In this document: positions 63,701-64,000 of the stretch, one piece after another | Layout of the letters: each line of letters starts with the position of its first letter | Position numbering within the stretch: the stretch's first letter is position 1 | NCBI GenBank assembly: GCA_017457065.1 | Contig: JAFTIE010000113.1 | Span: 7,120 to 71,119 of the forward strand | Length of the DNA stretch: 64,000 nucleotides | Direction: 5' to 3' | Origin: Lentisphaeria bacterium | GTDB taxonomy: Bacteria > Verrucomicrobiota > Lentisphaeria > Victivallales > Victivallaceae | Program-made: the position numbers and the translations under genes | The notes under the pieces: model-generated | Databases searched by the model: none | What the model saw: the letters and a program-made list of their open reading frames with translations, nothing else | What the model was told of the DNA's origin: nothing

Positions 63701-63958
63701 CCCGGAATCACCTATAAAGTTTCCCTGATATATAAAAACGGATTCAGAGAGATCAAACCGGACGAAAACAAAGCTCTTTATTATCTGCAAAAGGCCGCCG
63801 ATTCCGGGTTCCCCGGAGCCATGTATGATTTGGGTATCAGATATGAAAAGGGGCAGGGAGTGCCTTTCAACAGTCAGACAGCTTTGTTCTGGATCAAAAA
63901 GGCTGCAGATAAAGGATATGAACAGGCTGTAGAATATTGGAACCAGTTAAAGCATTGA
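60713..63958 (+). CDS. Hanks-type Ser/Thr protein kinase with one TM, tandem beta-sandwich repeats and C-terminal Sel1 repeats
   Basis: Kinase motifs are GKGGMGVIY, RALK, HRDIKPDNIMY, DLGIAK and LSPEQ. The TM is GGCLFLGICVTAAVLL. Repeated G.Y.L.[IS]S modules occur (GIYELEISCQDHF, GSYYLKSSHPEY, GVYELMISAPHY, GKYRLDFSCEGH). Sel1-like units include LQVALIYEKGLG and AMYDLGIRYEKGQG. The start may be 60683 or 60713. Confidence 0.85.
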   Translation: MTNNTGNETDTAITVFADDSIKELLKSGKIEDIQKIVQEEEPSLSVNASCFSWQAGQIVGKYEIIRRIGKGGMGVIYLARHTQLDTLRALKVLPAESAEENPAFAERFIREARIASKIRHPNVVEVMDVETDPLLKVTCIVMEYVDGGSLRQILKGQGKLNMEQAIVTVQGVAAALCTAAEHGIVHRDIKPDNIMYTKRGGVKLADLGIAKKDDEEDNLTKTNVMMGTPAYLSPEQVENPKAVDIRSDIYSLGATFYEMLTGQVPYPGKSSLDILRKIFSEPVPDPRSVDPQIPGEIASVVMKMIAKDPRKRYQTPSQVLEALGKIIPELSDTDIQQVVKSIISTGNDGTGTENANSSSVLTGTVCRLRRWERLKKTVLPAMGGCLFLGICVTAAVLLSNGKVPLKNEVAQESTIRSSAPPAVLHSLHVKTAPAATLRLIAGDGQVLTYAGSRSGEFNVSGLTAGIYELEISCQDHFTYKHKHRIPADGTLVLPLKPDVRTVTIVGIAGTKLELQYPDGRGKIFSIPASGVIKIKNLKKGSYYLKSSHPEYLLNEKRFVLANDLKLSIQMEKIFKSFSVVTLPGSQVTLLQNAQVKFSRKTNSKGENTFSKIKSGVYELMISAPHYKTHTSILHIEKDTSMTVPLEKALYSITVYGRTGTDGKLFSGTQLMKKFTVPLSGYIVINNVEQGKYRLDFSCEGHIAQSRGIELNENTSLQIDLAKRSDAKAAAADALFSNTGTVNFYLSASDELLKFIQKHGVEIKIGDGAWSREKAFPITKRIEAGEFPVSLRGKGILPYSGQSVRIAPERNTDFLMEVKPKPSKVLFSSNRSDALFTLGGSIYRADEEVLIEPFREYTVSSSARGKTVVKKFRSSCPGERLKLELFFAENIHPMQGRYEKGMALFKAKRYKEALPVLLSAAEAKHLEAVLQVALIYEKGLGMWFSDRKKALFWYHKAAEQKNVAAAVKVADAIFADDYEAPASRMVDFYLQAVEAKDPGITYKVSLIYKNGFREIKPDENKALYYLQKAADSGFPGAMYDLGIRYEKGQGVPFNSQTALFWIKKAADKGYEQAVEYWNQLKH

Positions 63959-63961
63959 TGA

Positions 63962-64000
63962 AAGGGGCTGTTTCAAAACTTCACGAAATCGCCAAAGAGC
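63962..64000. repeat. Second copy (truncated by the window edge) of the REP-like element head
   Basis: The sequence ggggctgtttcaaaacttcacgaaatcgccaaagagc is compared with 8486-8522. It starts 3 nt after the kinase stop, just as the first copy starts shortly after the ftsB-like stop. Confidence 0.6.

Noticed and set aside
1-64000. Looked for tRNA, rRNA, transposase/integrase genes, CRISPR-cas, toxin-antitoxin pairs and known defence-system signatures.
   Set aside because: I found no T-loop/acceptor-like sequences in intergenic regions and no DDE, tyrosine or serine recombinase motifs in any ORF. The window has no cas-like genes. The only nuclease-like candidate is the DUF790 protein, reported separately.

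Overview
This 64-kb window looks like bacterial chromosome. The gene content suggests a PVC-type organism (Lentisphaerota, Kiritimatiellota or Verrucomicrobiota-like): a DUF1553-like gene tail, many glycoside hydrolases and a eukaryote-type branching enzyme. That placement is a guess from memory, not a search result. I recognised no rRNA, tRNA, CRISPR array, transposase or integrase. The left ~38 kb (1-37916) is housekeeping and carbohydrate metabolism. It holds coaE-rho-ftsB-like, a LysM lipoprotein, fur, and a minus-strand sugar operon (two GH36-like alpha-galactosidases, a DapA-family aldolase, an enolase-superfamily dehydratase and an SDR). It also holds glgB, a long minus-strand operon (LysM lipoprotein-phoH-pgpH-like-ybeY-979-aa unknown membrane protein-lytic transglycosylase-amidohydrolase), the fab cluster (acpS, fabD, fabG, acpP, fabF), ribF, and coaD-wHTH regulator-DUF790/Bax1-like nuclease-pepF. 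The right ~26 kb (38089-63958) is the interesting part. It is a complete Tad/Flp-type pilus or Tad-like secretion locus: 2 CpaB, 2 Flp pilins, prepilin peptidase, 2 TadE-like and a split TadG-like pseudopilin, CpaC secretin, CpaF ATPase, TadB and TadC. Interleaved with it is a Ser/Thr phospho-signalling module. That module comprises five FHA domains in four proteins (one fused to the CpaF motor ATPase, three on single-pass membrane proteins), two Hanks-type kinases with Sel1-repeat ectodomains, a minimal kinase-like protein and a PP2C phosphatase. No TadZ/CpaE or TadD homolog is visible. The locus follows a 769-bp non-coding leader with a good sigma70-like promoter, a G9/(GA)n tract, strong hairpins and a terminator-like hairpin that has a duplicated competing arm. 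All functional calls rest on motifs read by eye from the supplied translations. No database search was possible.
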